A stretch of DNA of 63,998 nt, the filler included, from Dimargaris cristalligena (lineage: Eukaryota): assembly GCA_003614675.1 (NCBI GenBank). It is 5 parts of 5 records of this genome, joined end to end, with 100 filler letters (N's around TTAATTAATTAA, not from the genome) between each part and the next. Parts side by side here need not be neighbours in the genome. Positions count along the whole stretch, not along the records: positions 39,150 to 52,065 come from ML003015.1; positions 52,166 to 63,998 come from ML003081.1; 3 more parts are not named here. One strand, written 5' to 3'. Of this stretch, positions 43,847-56,835 are shown piece by piece. The position numbers and the translations under genes are program-made. The stretch's first letter is position 1. Each line of letters opens with the position of its first letter. Under the pieces are notes generated by a model. That model was not told where the DNA came from. It saw nothing but the letters and a program-made list of their open reading frames with translations, and searched no databases.

Positions 43847-46800
43847 AGTTAGGTAGTACTATAGCCGTGTGAATAATTTGGAGAATAGAGACCTGGTGAA
43901 CAAAATAACCCTTCCGGTAATAAACAATATGAGGGCAATTGGCGAGTAATTTTGGTCGACTGGTCAGGAGGGTGGGAAAAGAGATGCTGCAGATGGTGAT
44001 GGCTGTGGTCTGGGTCGAGTCAAACGGTAAATCGAACAGCCTAACCGTAATGAAGCATCGTTAATATATAAGGTATGAGAGTGCAAGCAATTAATAATCA
44101 AAATCTAATATCCTTGGGTGGGCAAGAAAAGCTACAGTCCGCCGCGCGCTACCGAGACTGATGAATAATGAGGCTAAGATTAGAGGGAAGGGTAATTAGA
44201 GTTAGGGTTAGGGTTTTTTAAGCACCTACCCGAAACGATGGGTCATCCGCCCGTCTTATATGGCCGGACCCCCTCCTATCGCCTACCAGTCAGTGGCCAC
44301 GGGTGCCCGCTCGTTTGAGCCGCGCTGCCGTGGCCACCACTGGACCCAGCCGGGTGAAGGGACCCTGCCCCTCCGAGTCCTCCGGTCATTTACATAGGGA
44401 GTCCAGCGCACCTGAGTCGTACTGGGTCACTGTTGTCCCACTCATCAGTGCTGAACTGATCCCTACTCCCCACTTTACCATACGTGACCGGATTAATACC
44501 CCCCCCCAGCCAATCGCCGCCGCCAGTACGGTTGGACGGCCAAGCCGAAAATAATAAAAACGAAACGTGAAAATGGAAAAATAGCATCCCCCACTCTCAG
44601 TGCGTGCCGCTGTGAATAGGCACACTGTACCACACCCGATTCCCCCGACTATCCTCTGCTTTCTTGAGCACATCCTCCCTTTCGCTTGGCTCTTGGGTAT
44701 TAATTACAATGTAGTCCAGTGGGCCAGGCCAGAGGGAGGGGGGGTAACACGGACCACACCGCGAATACGGGGTTGAAAATAGCCATTACCCACAGATTAT
44801 ATGCAACCTCAGCGAGAAGGAAAGTTCGTGTAACCCCCGTAAGGAGAGCGGAGTGTACAGCGGCAGCTAAATATACATCCCTCTCGCCTGACAGGTGACA
44901 AGGCTAGCGAGGGAAGAGGGGGTCCGGACATTTCCATTTTCTAGCCGCCCGAGGTGGTGGGCTGATTTATTCGCCCCGTCCATAAGGGGACCGACGGGGC
45001 CCCAGCGTAATTAATCAGGAAATAATACAAGCGAGGAGAATGGGCCTTACCGTAGATGGGGAGGTCGCACCAGAGCGGCTCAAAAATAGGGTCGTGGTTA
45101 GGGCCAGGTGAATGATCCGAGTCACTTTGACCAATCCGTAAAGATTAGACGAGAGAGAGAGAGAGAGGCCGTAGTGCGAGGGTGCATAAATGGGATAGCT
45201 GACAAGGGGCCCGTTGGACCGCCCGAGTAGAAGTAATACCAATAGGAATAATAATAATAGGGTGATTGCGAACAGTACTTGAAGGGCGGTGAAGAGAAAA
45301 ATAGCTCTACTCTATAATAATATAGAGGGGAAAAAGAAATTATGGTGAAATAGGGGGGGGGCTCGGTACCTATTTATACTGTTGAGGATTTACCCAGGCT
45401 CACCTCATGCCACCGTACAGGACAACCAAGCGGGCTTATTCAGGACCTGCTCGTCCAACAATGTAAACCCTAGGCTGGAAGGTCCTGGTGCCAGTGCCCC
45501 GGTACGCATTGCCCTTAAAAATACTCGAAATTTCACATTGGTGGATCAAGCACTAGACTCGAATGAGGTAAAGAGGAAGGGGCCCTTCACCCACCGCTTC
45601 CAACCTAAACGGAATCCTAATGGGACGTGGTCAGACGCCGTATTGCCTCACGGCTGTCCCAATTGCCCGGTTGCACGTCTACAATCAAGCGCGAGTCCGT
45701 AGCCACCGCCGCCCCCGACACGGTTCATACCCATCACCGGGGCATAATGGAAACGGCATACACTGCAACAGGCCACCTCACTGAAACGGCAGGGGAATGA
45801 AGATGTCGCTATTCCCACCTTCTTTCCAAGACCAAATGGTGTTAACGGCCCCGCTTCACACTGCTGGGCCATTAGTTCAGGATCTGGAAGACACTTCGAA
45901 AAAAGAATCCGGAAATCCGTGCCCAAATTAGTTGAGCTGGAATGAGGCGGGCAGAATGTATAAGCGGCCCCATAAACTCCCATGCGGTGATACGTAACGA
46001 ATAATGGTGCAATACCCCGTTGGTCATCGTTGCTTAGAGGGGGGCAATGCGGGCGTCACGCTCCCCCATTCGGGATGCCTCCCATTTCTGTCTTTCCAAA
46101 AGGGATTACCCAACTACGCTTCATCAGTGTGGTATACAAATAAGGGAAAAGTCGGTCTTATTAGGCTGAACCGGGCCCATTAGCCCTCCCCTCCTTCGAG
46201 TGATTGACGGGGTAACAAACCTAATCTAGTATGGCTTCGACCATTCACGGCTGGAACTTGCTCACGGACCAGCCTAGAATGGCATTCCTATTGCTTCCTT
46301 ATTCGCCATCGGTCTTGCCCATACTCCGCTAATACGGGCGGCGATTAACTGGCCTCGTTAGTAGGCTTCATCAACTCTCGGGCATTCTTTTTTTATGGGG
46401 ATTTGGCCTTGGAGAAGGTCTCGCCCACCATGAGCATTCACGGTATCAGCCCGAGCCTCGGCCCCCACGCTAACCCGTCACTCGTAAGGCTGAGTCTGAC
46501 ATTTTCCGAATTCCATTATTCCCGTGTGGGAGGCGAGACCTTATTGAACCGGGTGGAAAAATCACGCCAGATAGCCTCACCGCCTTCCCCCTGCTGCGTG
46601 GTGCATCAGTAGGTGCTTTAGGCGGCAACTTCCACGAAATATTTACCATATGCAGCGACTATGGAGAAACTTATTGATTGATTGTCCATGGTCAGCTGAT
46701 TATATATACATATATTTCCGGTTCATATGACATTGTATTGGCCCCAAATGTAAGTTAAACTTTCTTCCCTTGCACCACAGGGTACCCACTCCTCGACCTG

Positions 46801-49800
46801 GTTTGGTAACCAGGCGGTGGAAACCTCTCTTTTAGGAAGGGGATGTCGATAAAACGACATAGTAATATAGGGGAAACGAGACTTCCCTCCGGAATCCCCA
46901 CCCTAAATTGATAAATCCCCACTGGGAATATCACCAACGATTAACTGTATTCATGTTTCCATCTGTTCATCATTTGGGGAGAGATTCAGCCCGCTTGCAT
47001 AACCCAAAATCAGTCAGGTAAGGCCCGTTTTACTGGCTAGAAAGGAATTTCCCCACCTACTTTACCTTTTTTTTACATTTCATCCGAGATCTTATACAGT
47101 GGAGTTGAACTTCGCCCATAACCATTATTCTCACGGAAAACACCCATAACAATTCCTGCATATTCGGACATTAATAGTTTCCAAGATGCATTTCCGTCTG
47201 TAGGTCACTCTGCACTGACCAGCCAATCCGCCTTTTAATCCCCCCCTCTAATTACACCTAGCATCTTGAGCAATCTAACACACCATCGCCTCACGTTAGA
47301 CTTTCTGGCGGGAGGGGTATATCTCCCAATTTTAATAAGCGAATGGAAGAAGGGGTGATGTCCGTCCACTCCATGAGGTATACTGTTGGAGAGTCTGGTC
47401 TAGAACGCCCTGCTATATTTTACGGGAAGCCCACACGGAGGTTAAATACAAGTAACCCATGTAAGCCGATCTTTGGGCATACTGAGAGGCCGTGGTCATT
47501 GAAATAATGAACGCTTGCTATGTGAAGGCGTGGAGTAGAGTGATCTGAACCAAATAGGCTTGAGATAAGACCCCCCACTAATCTATATATATACTTTTTT
47601 TAAAAAAAACTCGACGGAAAGCAGGACTCACTGTATCGGGGAGCCAATCACTCGAAAACCAGCATGGTACAACTTGACTAACCCAGAGTGGCATTAAATT
47701 CCCTATCATGAAAAAGATACTGTATAATTTGTAGCCGTGCGTATGGCAAAGATTGTAGGGCCGTAATTTTAGCCTCATGAAATTCTCATGATAAAATGGA
47801 CCCTCTAATGATGGTTGTCGGGTATGTCTATAAAAGTTGGGCTGCACAAAACTCCAAGTAAGTTGACATGGGCTTAGATTCGATTTGCTTGGTGGGGAGT
47901 AGGTTAGCCATCCGTATTGCCCCAGCCACACCTTCCTAAGCCGGGCGACTTAAATGGGGTAGCTTCGTTATTGCGGTAAACCCACTGCCACCCTAAAACC
48001 ACCAGGTAACACGAGCAACGCGTGTTTCGCTAATAGGTAACGTGAATGGAAGTTTCGGGGCATCACCATAGGTGGAGATGGCAAAAGTGACTTCCAAATG
48101 CCTGAAATCCTCCTGGTCGACATGGCGCATTAGCGAGAAGTAGAGCGCCCAAGGACTGGCAGTGGTTAAGCTCAAGCTAATTTGGCTGTAGTTGACTCAT
48201 ATTGGGTTACAGTAGTGACCAGTCAATGGAAACAATGTTGAAAAAAGATTGCCTGCTATAGATTCCAAAGAACTCAATAAAATCTACGCAATTAGCCACC
48301 ATGTCGGACAAGGCGGGCTCGACTGCACTTTTGAAATGTATTGGTCTATGTTTTCCCTTTATATCCTGTACAGCGACAGCATCACAAACTCCTTAGAGGC
48401 CCCTGTGAGGACTCTAATGAGTCCCCGGGTGCATATCAACTTGGCCAGGCTGGGGGATTTTTAAAGTGTGGGAAGTGATAACTATATTTCCTGAAAACAT
48501 TTTTAGTCAATTTAGGATGGGTCAATTCCTCTCCGAAACACCCGTCATATACTTGTTTTGTCAGTATTTTGTACACCTTAGATTAATTTCGGCCTAGCTT
48601 TCACCCATCTGACCAACGGCAGCAGCAAAAGGTGGAGAATGCAGCCTAACGTTGGCCCTACAGTCGCACATTTGTAAAATTGTTCAGACTCTCTTTACGG
48701 CGCTAGGTTCAGGCAAACCAACAATAATATATTATAAATCAGTACATCTAATCCAGAAATCAGCCTGCCACTTCACTGAAGTGGGAACGTAGATATAACT
48801 AAGTAAATGGAGGAGGCGGGGACAGAAACCTGGGCAACCCATTGCCTGTGATTATCTCATTCACCCCCATGCACATCACAACAACGGGGCGTATTATGAT
48901 TACCAAATGGGTATTGTTCGTAAACTTGGAATAGTAGTGCTCTTTGGCTCTGGCCCTTCTGAAATGCGGTTTCGCCCATCTCAAACCTTAACTTAGCCAG
49001 CCGCCTTTGAATAGAAGCGACTAGCCGGTAATGTATACCAAATACGCTAACCGGGAAGCCCAGTGCCAAACTCCAACAATATGGTATTGGCCATGGCGGA
49101 TACGGAAGGGGTTGGAATGACAAAACAACCCGCACGCATGGGGTAGCTGGTGGTACCCTGGAGCTGTGTAATGGTATTATGACGCTAGTCTGGGACTTTG
49201 AACACTTACTATTCCTTGGGGATCCCCACGACCCTTTTCCCCCAGCTGCAAGCCGCTGTCAGTGATAGGGTAATGGTGGGGAAGGGTAGGGGGGTCTTGC
49301 TAGAAGGTCGGATACCGACAGCACAACACCGTGGCGGACGAGGCGGCAACCCACCCACAGTCGGACTGCTTCGTATCTCGTTGACGTTCGAATGCCAGGA
49401 ATGGGGTCAGCTGCTGGGGCTTTGTTCAAGCAAGCAATACTGCCACGGGCACTAGGCGAGATGTGTGCCTGTACAGTGGATTGATGGTTGTAAAGTGGGT
49501 AACACGCCCCGGCCCAACGTCATTGTCTGATCAATCCGGCAACAAAGCGATGGGGGGTTTCACCTCTGCGTGGCACCCAAAAGCAATAAACTCGACCATC
49601 GCGCCCTCACTTATCACCAGAGGTCGGGTAAATGGATGGGCCCTTGGTAGAGGCAACTGGCGCTGCTGATATGGGAAACCAAATTGGGTATTACATACGG
49701 TCCCTTCTTTATCCACTCCTCTTGCATCGGCCATCAATCTAGGATCTTGCTGGTTGAAACTCCGCCATTGCTGTGTCTTCTAGCCAATGGTGTAGACAGG

Positions 49801-50450
49801 GTCTTTGAGGACCACCACTCTTCACGTGTCCGCTGCGAGCTACCGCATATCCGTTTGGAAAGTATCCCTTACCGTCTTCATCTGCTCTTGGACCCTTCAC
49901 GCTTCGGCTACGGAGTTACTTCGACTGTACGACCAATGTCCCCTGCAAAAGGAACGCCCAAAAGTGGGACAATGTCCGCTGAACAGGAATCCCTCGCCAA
50001 CCCAACGAGCGTAGCGTGGTGGTTCCTAGTTTTTAATAACGAGGCCAACCACTCGCATACATCCACCATCATGAATGTATGCGCAGGGCCCAGCCCTATA
50101 TAACCAGGCCCCGCCCCTCCCCTTTGAAAGGGGCAGCAGAATTTCTTTGGTTCCCTATTTCGCCTGACCCTCTTCTACCTCTCTTTTTATCTACTCTGTC
50201 CAGTCCTCTCACCTTTCCCTACACTTTGAGACTCGGTCGTGCTTTTGCCCTTATTATCTCCGGTTCTCTCCTAGGGCCTCCTTAACAAAACCCTCTTTGG
50301 CACTTAGGCCTCCTCCCTTCTTTCCTAACACTAACCTACCAAATACCTCCCACCCGTTTTCACCAACTTCCCAATAACCCTTACTTGCGTGCCCATCGGT
50401 ACCACCTTCCCTTTCTCCCCTCTTCGCTTCGCCTGCGTTTTACCCAACCC

Positions 50451-52065
50451 ATGTACGAAGACCCCAATTTCCGTCGGGACCTAAAGGTAAAACACATCCT
50501 CGCCCATCTCAGTTTCCCAGCAGCAGCTACGCTGTACTTGCTGGACTCTCCTACTACTTCCTTGTACTCTATTCCCAGCCGGTGTGACTAACCCCCCCCC
50601 TCCTTAGGAACCGTACTACGTTTCTTTAAAATCCCCCTGTTACCCTTTTCTAGGCCCTGGCTCGATTGCAAACCGATATTCGTCTCGCCGAACACATACA
50701 GGCCTGCTCCGGTCTATCTCCTAAATGGGCGGCCCAGCGGCCCCTGGGCCCAATCGATCCAACACCGCCTCCTCGTCGCCAGCCTCGTCCTTTCCGACCC
50801 GCCTCGTCGGATGCCCTCACCTGGGGCCCCCGGTATCCCTCTACTCCTGACCAATGGTCACCCACGTTAATCTTGAATCCGTCACTCGTAACCGCTCCGA
50901 CTGGGACCGCCGCCACCGGAAACTGGTCCACCTCTGGCGACCCAACTGCCTTTCGCATCTCCCTGGTAACCCGCGAAATGACTCTGCCGCCCGATTCCCC
51001 TCATTTATTCTTCCTTGATCGGGAATACCACTTAGTAGGGGTACTGCCTCGCTCCTACTTTGTGGTGCTCAAGCTCAACCGGGTCCCGCATCAATTTGTA
51101 TTCGATTTTCCCGACCACCCCTGGTTCCGCGATTTATTTGGCCTGCGTAAAAGCGCCTATGTGCGCATCCGGGTGGACAACTCCAACGAGGACTGGGACC
51201 TCCACCTTAAGCCCAGCCTCGATAGTTCGAACCTATTCGGCTATATTTACAAACGGTCCAACCTACAGCGGATTGTCGTGGAGCAACAGCGCGCCCTCCT
51301 ACATTCCCGGCGACTTCCGCTGGTGTTTGACCTGGACGACACCCTGGTACGGGTAGTCGCCAACAACGACGGGCGCTATGTGCCTGAGAAGGAGGCGGCC
51401 AAGGTGCCCCACCGCGTGCGTGAACTCGAAGATGGGCGCAAAATTGTTCTGGGCGAGCGGGTCCACGAGTTTTTAGAGTGGGCCCACCACCACTACGAGA
51501 TCTCAGTCTGTTCACTCGGTGACCCCAGCTACGTTAAAATGGTGGTGAAAATCCTCGATCCGACCCAGACGTGGATTAAAGGTATCCTTTATTCGGCCCG
51601 TCAGGAATACAACCACCACGCCCAGCAATCCTCCCGCCATCGACCACCCAAGGACCTTTTGGCCCTCTATGCATACTGCACCCTGACCCCCGAGGAGTAT
51701 CAGTACTCGATGCTGGCCCCAACCGACCGGGTTCCCTTCTACGGGGGGGCCCTCGGTGCGTCATCGCCGCCGGCCCGCGCCACCTCCATGCACCTACCGC
51801 TGGTCGTGGACGACATGCCCCAAATGTGGGCCACCGATCAGCACGATAACGTAATTTCCGTGCGGGACCGGCGGGGACAGGGAGTGTGGGATGTGGCCCT
51901 CTACCCCATGGTCTATAATGTGCTGAGTTTCGTTCATACCGAGTTCTTTCGACGTCTGGATATCCACCAGGCCAACCCCCGGGAATTTAACAACGCGCCA
52001 TCGGCCCTGGCCATATACAAGGAGTACCTGCGTGGTATGCTGCGGGATCAAATCGGATCTACCCC
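50451..52065 (+). CDS. FCP1/NIF-family HAD phosphatase (CTD phosphatase-like); 3'-truncated by the contig end
   Basis: Exons 50451-50486 and 50654-52065. RRLPLVFDLDDTLV (DxDxT), VHEFLEWA..HYEISVCSLGDPSYVKMVVKILDP, LVVDDMPQMW. Confidence 0.85.
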
Positions 52066-52165
52066 NNNNNNNNNNNNNNNNNNNNNNNNNNNNNNNNNNN
52101 NNNNNNNNNTTAATTAATTAANNNNNNNNNNNNNNNNNNNNNNNNNNNNNNNNNNNNNNNNNNNN
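52066..52165. other. Artificial contig linker
   Basis: N44-TTAATTAATTAA-N44. Confidence 0.97.
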
Positions 52166-52220
52166 CCCATACACGTATATTGTAAAACCTTATACAGCTG
52201 GTTTGAATTTTACCCATATA
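52166..52220 (+). mobile_element. MITE family partial copy, truncated by the contig start
   Basis: CCCATACACGTATATTGTAAAACCTTATACAGCTGGTTTGAATTTTACCCATA matches the right end of the 142-bp element. Confidence 0.65.
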
Positions 52221-53982
52221 GAGTATCCTGTATGTATATATAAATCATTCCCGCCTCAGGCCTCCGAGAGATGGGACTAGAGTCTCTCTAGTCTCGGTCC
52301 AAGCTTAGCCCTTGCAGCCACTCGTTGGTATTTAGTACCCGCTTCTAACGGCCATTGGGTGGTAATGGTGAAACTGGATAAATACTTGAATAATGACCAT
52401 TGCCCCGCTAAAAACCATAGTCAATAACGACCATAGGCGACGAGGTTTAAGAGCGGAGGGGAGGGTGGGGGGGCACCTATTGCGATGTTGACGAAAATGG
52501 AGAGACGCTGCTGCCCAAGCGTCATTGCGAAACTGACCTAGCGGAGAACAGGCTTGTGGAATAGTGGGACAAGGGTACTGTGGAAGGTAGGACACGTTCC
52601 ACAGGCCTTCCTTCGAGCTTAGTTTCCGACCTGCCGTTTTATGAGCTACAAGGCAGGCCTGACCGACTTGCTGATGTTAGCGAAGGGGATTCATCTATTT
52701 TTCATTTTTTATATATATAAAAATAATGATGCAGGAAGCTGCGCCGTCCTGCCGCTTTAGCCACCCCGATTACTTCCACTTCGCATGACCTTTAGATTTT
52801 ACTTACCAAGGGCGACGTCCCTTTGCAGGGAATGTACTTTTTTATTTACTTATAAGTAAGCCGATAGTCGACTCCGACAACGGGTCATAGGTATTCGGTG
52901 GCTAGTGATCACTGTCCATAAGTATACATCCTTTAATCATTAGCAGCACCCTGCCGCACGTCCAACATTCGCTATATTATTGGAAATGGGGGTTGGGCAT
53001 GGTGAAAGTTGTTTAGATCATGGGTCTCCAATCTGGCACTGCCCAAAAGCTTCTTTGATAGTACAGCAAAGGCAGCTTGCCATTTGGGCGGGGGACTTGC
53101 CTGTAGGCAGGTAGCTAAGCGGCCTTCCTCTAGATATCAGGGATCCTTTTATCAAAGGAGTACATTCCATTATTCTAGGAACGGCCCCATTGTCCAATTA
53201 GTCCACTAATCTAGACCTCCCCACCCCTGGCCCGCGACGAATGGCCGTTGTCATGAAAGAACAGAGAGAGAGAGGGAAAGGGAGGGATTTCTTCCCCCTA
53301 TTCTTGGGCAGTGTACACGTCGCTTGCCTCTCGTCGGCATCATTGATGTTTACAAGAATTCCGATTTCCATATTCATGTAGACCAAGATGTGGTTGAACT
53401 TTTTGCCCTTATGAAGGGTGTTACGGCACGAGGCCCCAATGGTTATTCTTTACTGCACAAAGACACACGGCACCCGCACCGGCTCGTCTCCCCAGATGAT
53501 GACCCACCCAGTCCGTTATAGAAAAAACGAAGGAGGGGGGGAAGAAGGGGGATCTCGGCGCCAGCGAAATTGGCTATATTTTTACCCTGGGTATATAAAT
53601 CCCGACCTGGCCCCGCCCCGAATAGCATAGATGTTTGATTTTGCGGCAAGTATTATTATCTTCCAATCATTATTTTGAGGCTAGTTTCAAGGTAAAGCTC
53701 ACATTATCCATATTTACATGCATGCTCACTTCTCCTCAAATAACTGAGTTTACACTATTTTCCCGACTTCGACTACTTTCACTCCCATTGAGACTGCCCT
53801 GGTGCACTTGCATTCCCCTGCAACCCTGGCCAGTTCGATAAAAGTTCGACCCGAAGATATCCATTTGGGGTTACTTCCGGTCCTTCCTTTGGTTCAAATT
53901 TTTGGGTACTCGTTAGTCCTACCCTGACGGGTGGTTTCCTTCGTACCGTTACACCCGTATCCCTTTCGTCATTTCAACCGCC

Positions 53983-54960
53983 ATGCAGCTATTAAAGATC
54001 CGCCTCAGCCTCAACCTACTCATGGTTTTGGGGTTATGGTCCACCACCACCAGTCACGTCGCCGCCGACTCGGACCCCCAGGAGGCCATGGCCAGTCTGG
54101 CCAAGAAAGACTCATCCGTCAAGGGTAAAGTCATCCTCACCGTCAAGGAAGTTTCCGCCAGCGACATGGCGCAGGGTTCGTCTTCTTCCTCTTCCGGGGG
54201 AAGCAGGCAAACCTACGTGGAACTCCAGGTCGAAATGTCGGGCCTGAAACCCAACTACCCCTACGAGTGGTTCATCCAGCGTAACCCGGTCCCGAAAGAC
54301 GATAGCTGTACCGGACTCGGGCCCATGGTCTCGTTCCAACCTACTACCCAGGTCGACGCTTCGGTGGTCACCGCTAATGGGGGCACGAACGGGACGGTGT
54401 CGCCGACCTCTGGTGAACAGACCCGTATGTTTGTGCGACGGGACCTCGGTATCCAGTCTAATATCCCGGAGGCCCCCGCTGACCCTAATAACCCCCCGCC
54501 GGTCGAAGAAGCGAGCTTGGTGGATGGAGATGTCTCTTCAGCCTCTTCCTCTGCTTCTTCTTCTGCCCCAACGTCCGCCGCTTCCAATTCCAATTCCGAT
54601 TCCGATTTCGGTAGTCTTGTAGACCCAGCCAACGAATTCACTACTACCACTACCACTGCCGCCATGTTCCCGTTTCAACTCTGCCAGACGGGGGATTTGC
54701 AAAACAAGTTTGGGTATATCCGGAGCTCCAGTTCTAAATTCGACCAAAAGTTTATGGACCAGGGACTTCACCTGAGCGGAGAATACGCGGTGGTGAACCA
54801 CGCCATTGTGGTTTGGGACAAGGAGGGGAACGTGGCGGCCTGCGGTACGATTACTACGGACATGTCGGGCCGTACGAGCGCCGCTACTCTATCGACTACC
54901 TGGTCGGGTACTTCATTTGTCCTGGCCGTTGTCGTGGCGTTGGGGGCCCACCTCTACTAA
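53983..54960 (+). CDS. Secreted, probably GPI-anchored Cu/Zn-SOD-fold (Sod5-like) protein lacking the metal ligands
   Basis: Signal peptide; VKGKVIL; GLKPNYPYEWFIQRNPVPKDDSCTGLG; CQTGDLQNKFG; LSGEYAVVNHAIVVWDKEGNVAACGTI; Ser/Thr spacer and a hydrophobic C-terminus. Confidence 0.8.
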   Translation: MQLLKIRLSLNLLMVLGLWSTTTSHVAADSDPQEAMASLAKKDSSVKGKVILTVKEVSASDMAQGSSSSSSGGSRQTYVELQVEMSGLKPNYPYEWFIQRNPVPKDDSCTGLGPMVSFQPTTQVDASVVTANGGTNGTVSPTSGEQTRMFVRRDLGIQSNIPEAPADPNNPPPVEEASLVDGDVSSASSSASSSAPTSAASNSNSDSDFGSLVDPANEFTTTTTTAAMFPFQLCQTGDLQNKFGYIRSSSSKFDQKFMDQGLHLSGEYAVVNHAIVVWDKEGNVAACGTITTDMSGRTSAATLSTTWSGTSFVLAVVVALGAHLY

Positions 54961-55243
54961 CCCCTATTACTACTTTATTTTTATTTTATTTTTAAAAAAA
55001 GATAGCTTACACTGTATATACACTTGGCGGGATGATGTCCATATATTCATTACTTCTCCCTCCCCTTATTATTTTGACCAGCTACACCACCCCAAATTCA
55101 TAACGTAGTTACACAATTGTTTAGACCAATGCCTATGGATAACACACATAAATGCTTTTTAGGAAATACGGGATTATATATTTTAATGAATGGAGATGGA
55201 TCAATATCGCGGGCGCAAGAATTAGATTAAAGGGGTAAGTAGG

Positions 55244-55281
<38 letters not shown>

Positions 55282-55304
55282 CAAAAAAAGACGGTACCGG
55301 CAGG

Positions 55305-56744
55305 TTAGACCACCCGCTCGGGCTGGATTGACGAGGAACTCGTAGGAAGGTCATAATGGTTGGTGGAATGATGGTGGGGCTCCAATTTTTCCACCATGGA
55401 CGACGACGAGGTGGCCGACTGGGGCAGGGCAATGGGGTGTTGCTGCTGCGAGTCTTCCTTGATCGCGGCATAGTAGTCTTCGCCCATCTGGGCCATATCA
55501 ATACCGAGCACCTCATCCTCGTGGTCCACCCGCACTCTTAGGAAGGGAATGAAGTTCATAATCCGGAGGATAAGGTAAGTGACCACGAAGGACCAACCGG
55601 CGCCGACACCGCAGGCAAACAGTTGGAGCAGCAGCTGTTTCCAGTGACCGTCGATACCGCCCCCGGGAATTTCGGTACCGTCAACCGCGGCGATGGACGC
55701 GGAGGCGAAGAAACCGGTCAGCATGTTACCGACCACACCTCCTACTCCGTGGACGGCAAAGACGTCCAGGGCATCATCGAACCAGTACTTGTCCTTGAGT
55801 TCCACGGCGAAATGGCACATGGCACCGGCGACGACACCGTAGATGAGGGCAGCCCAGGCAGTGGTGAACCCGGAACCCGGGGTAATGGCGACCAATCCGG
55901 CCACGGCCCCGCAACAGAAGCCAAAAGAGGACAGTTTCTTTTCGTGGCGGTACTGCAGGAGCATCCAGGTCAGACCACCACACGCTGCAGCAATGTGAGT
56001 CACAATCATGGCTTGCCCGGCCTTGGCGCCCGCCATGACAGCACTTCCGCCGTTGAAGCCGAACCAACCGAACCAGAGCAGGGCGGTACCCAGCATGATG
56101 TTGGAATAATTGTGGGGTTTGTATTCACTGCTAGCGTCCTTGAGCCCGTGCCGCCGGCCGAGGACCATGGCGTAGGCCAAGGCAGCGAACCCACTGGCCA
56201 TGTGGACGGGGGTACCCCCGGCAAAATCGAGACTACCGGCGGTGTGGAGGAACCCGTTGACGCCCCAGGTCCAATAAGCGATGGGGTCATAGACCAGGGT
56301 AGACCAGACGAAGAAGTAGACGAGGGCGGGGATAAGGCGCACCCGTTCGGCCGTAGCCCCGAGGGCCAGGGCGGGGGTCAAAGCGGAGAACATGCACTGG
56401 AAGATGGCGTACACGGTGGCCGGGATGGTGGGGGCCATGGGGTGGGGCTCGTTGCCCACCTTGGCCAAAAAGGCAAACTCGAGGTTGCCGATAAACTTGC
56501 CACCGGTGGGGGAGAGGGCCAAAGAATAGCCCCAGATGTACCATTGGATGGGTACCACGGCCAGACTGAGCATGCAGACGAAAATCATGGACAGTGCGGA
56601 CTTGCTGGTGGCCATACCGCTGTAGAAGTAGCCCAAACCAGGGATCATGAGGAACACCAGGCCGGCGGACATGAGGATCCAGGCCGTGTCCCCGGTATCG
56701 ATGGGGGAGACCACGGCAGCGACATCAGTGGAGTTGCTGGACAT
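55305..56744 (-). CDS. amt: Ammonium transporter, Amt/Mep family
   Basis: GDTAWIL...LVFLMIPGLGYFYSG, FQCMFSALTPAL..GATAER, LDFAGGTPVH, GTALLWFGWFGFNGGS, DDALDVFAVHGVGG; both pore histidines are present. Confidence 0.97.
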   Translation of the reverse strand: MSSNSTDVAAVVSPIDTGDTAWILMSAGLVFLMIPGLGYFYSGMATSKSALSMIFVCMLSLAVVPIQWYIWGYSLALSPTGGKFIGNLEFAFLAKVGNEPHPMAPTIPATVYAIFQCMFSALTPALALGATAERVRLIPALVYFFVWSTLVYDPIAYWTWGVNGFLHTAGSLDFAGGTPVHMASGFAALAYAMVLGRRHGLKDASSEYKPHNYSNIMLGTALLWFGWFGFNGGSAVMAGAKAGQAMIVTHIAAACGGLTWMLLQYRHEKKLSSFGFCCGAVAGLVAITPGSGFTTAWAALIYGVVAGAMCHFAVELKDKYWFDDALDVFAVHGVGGVVGNMLTGFFASASIAAVDGTEIPGGGIDGHWKQLLLQLFACGVGAGWSFVVTYLILRIMNFIPFLRVRVDHEDEVLGIDMAQMGEDYYAAIKEDSQQQHPIALPQSATSSSSMVEKLEPHHHSTNHYDLPTSSSSIQPERVV

Positions 56745-56798
56745 GGTGACTTAGGGTGCCAGGGTCCAAAGATATAATGGAAAGTAACTGTCGGGACG

Positions 56799-56835
<37 letters not shown>

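Noticed and set aside
44202-44213. TTAGGG x2 telomere-like motif
   Set aside because: Only two units, internal to a contig; expected by chance.
55623-56777. 384-aa plus-strand ORF
   Set aside because: Antisense shadow of the GC-rich Amt/Mep gene with no recognisable motifs.
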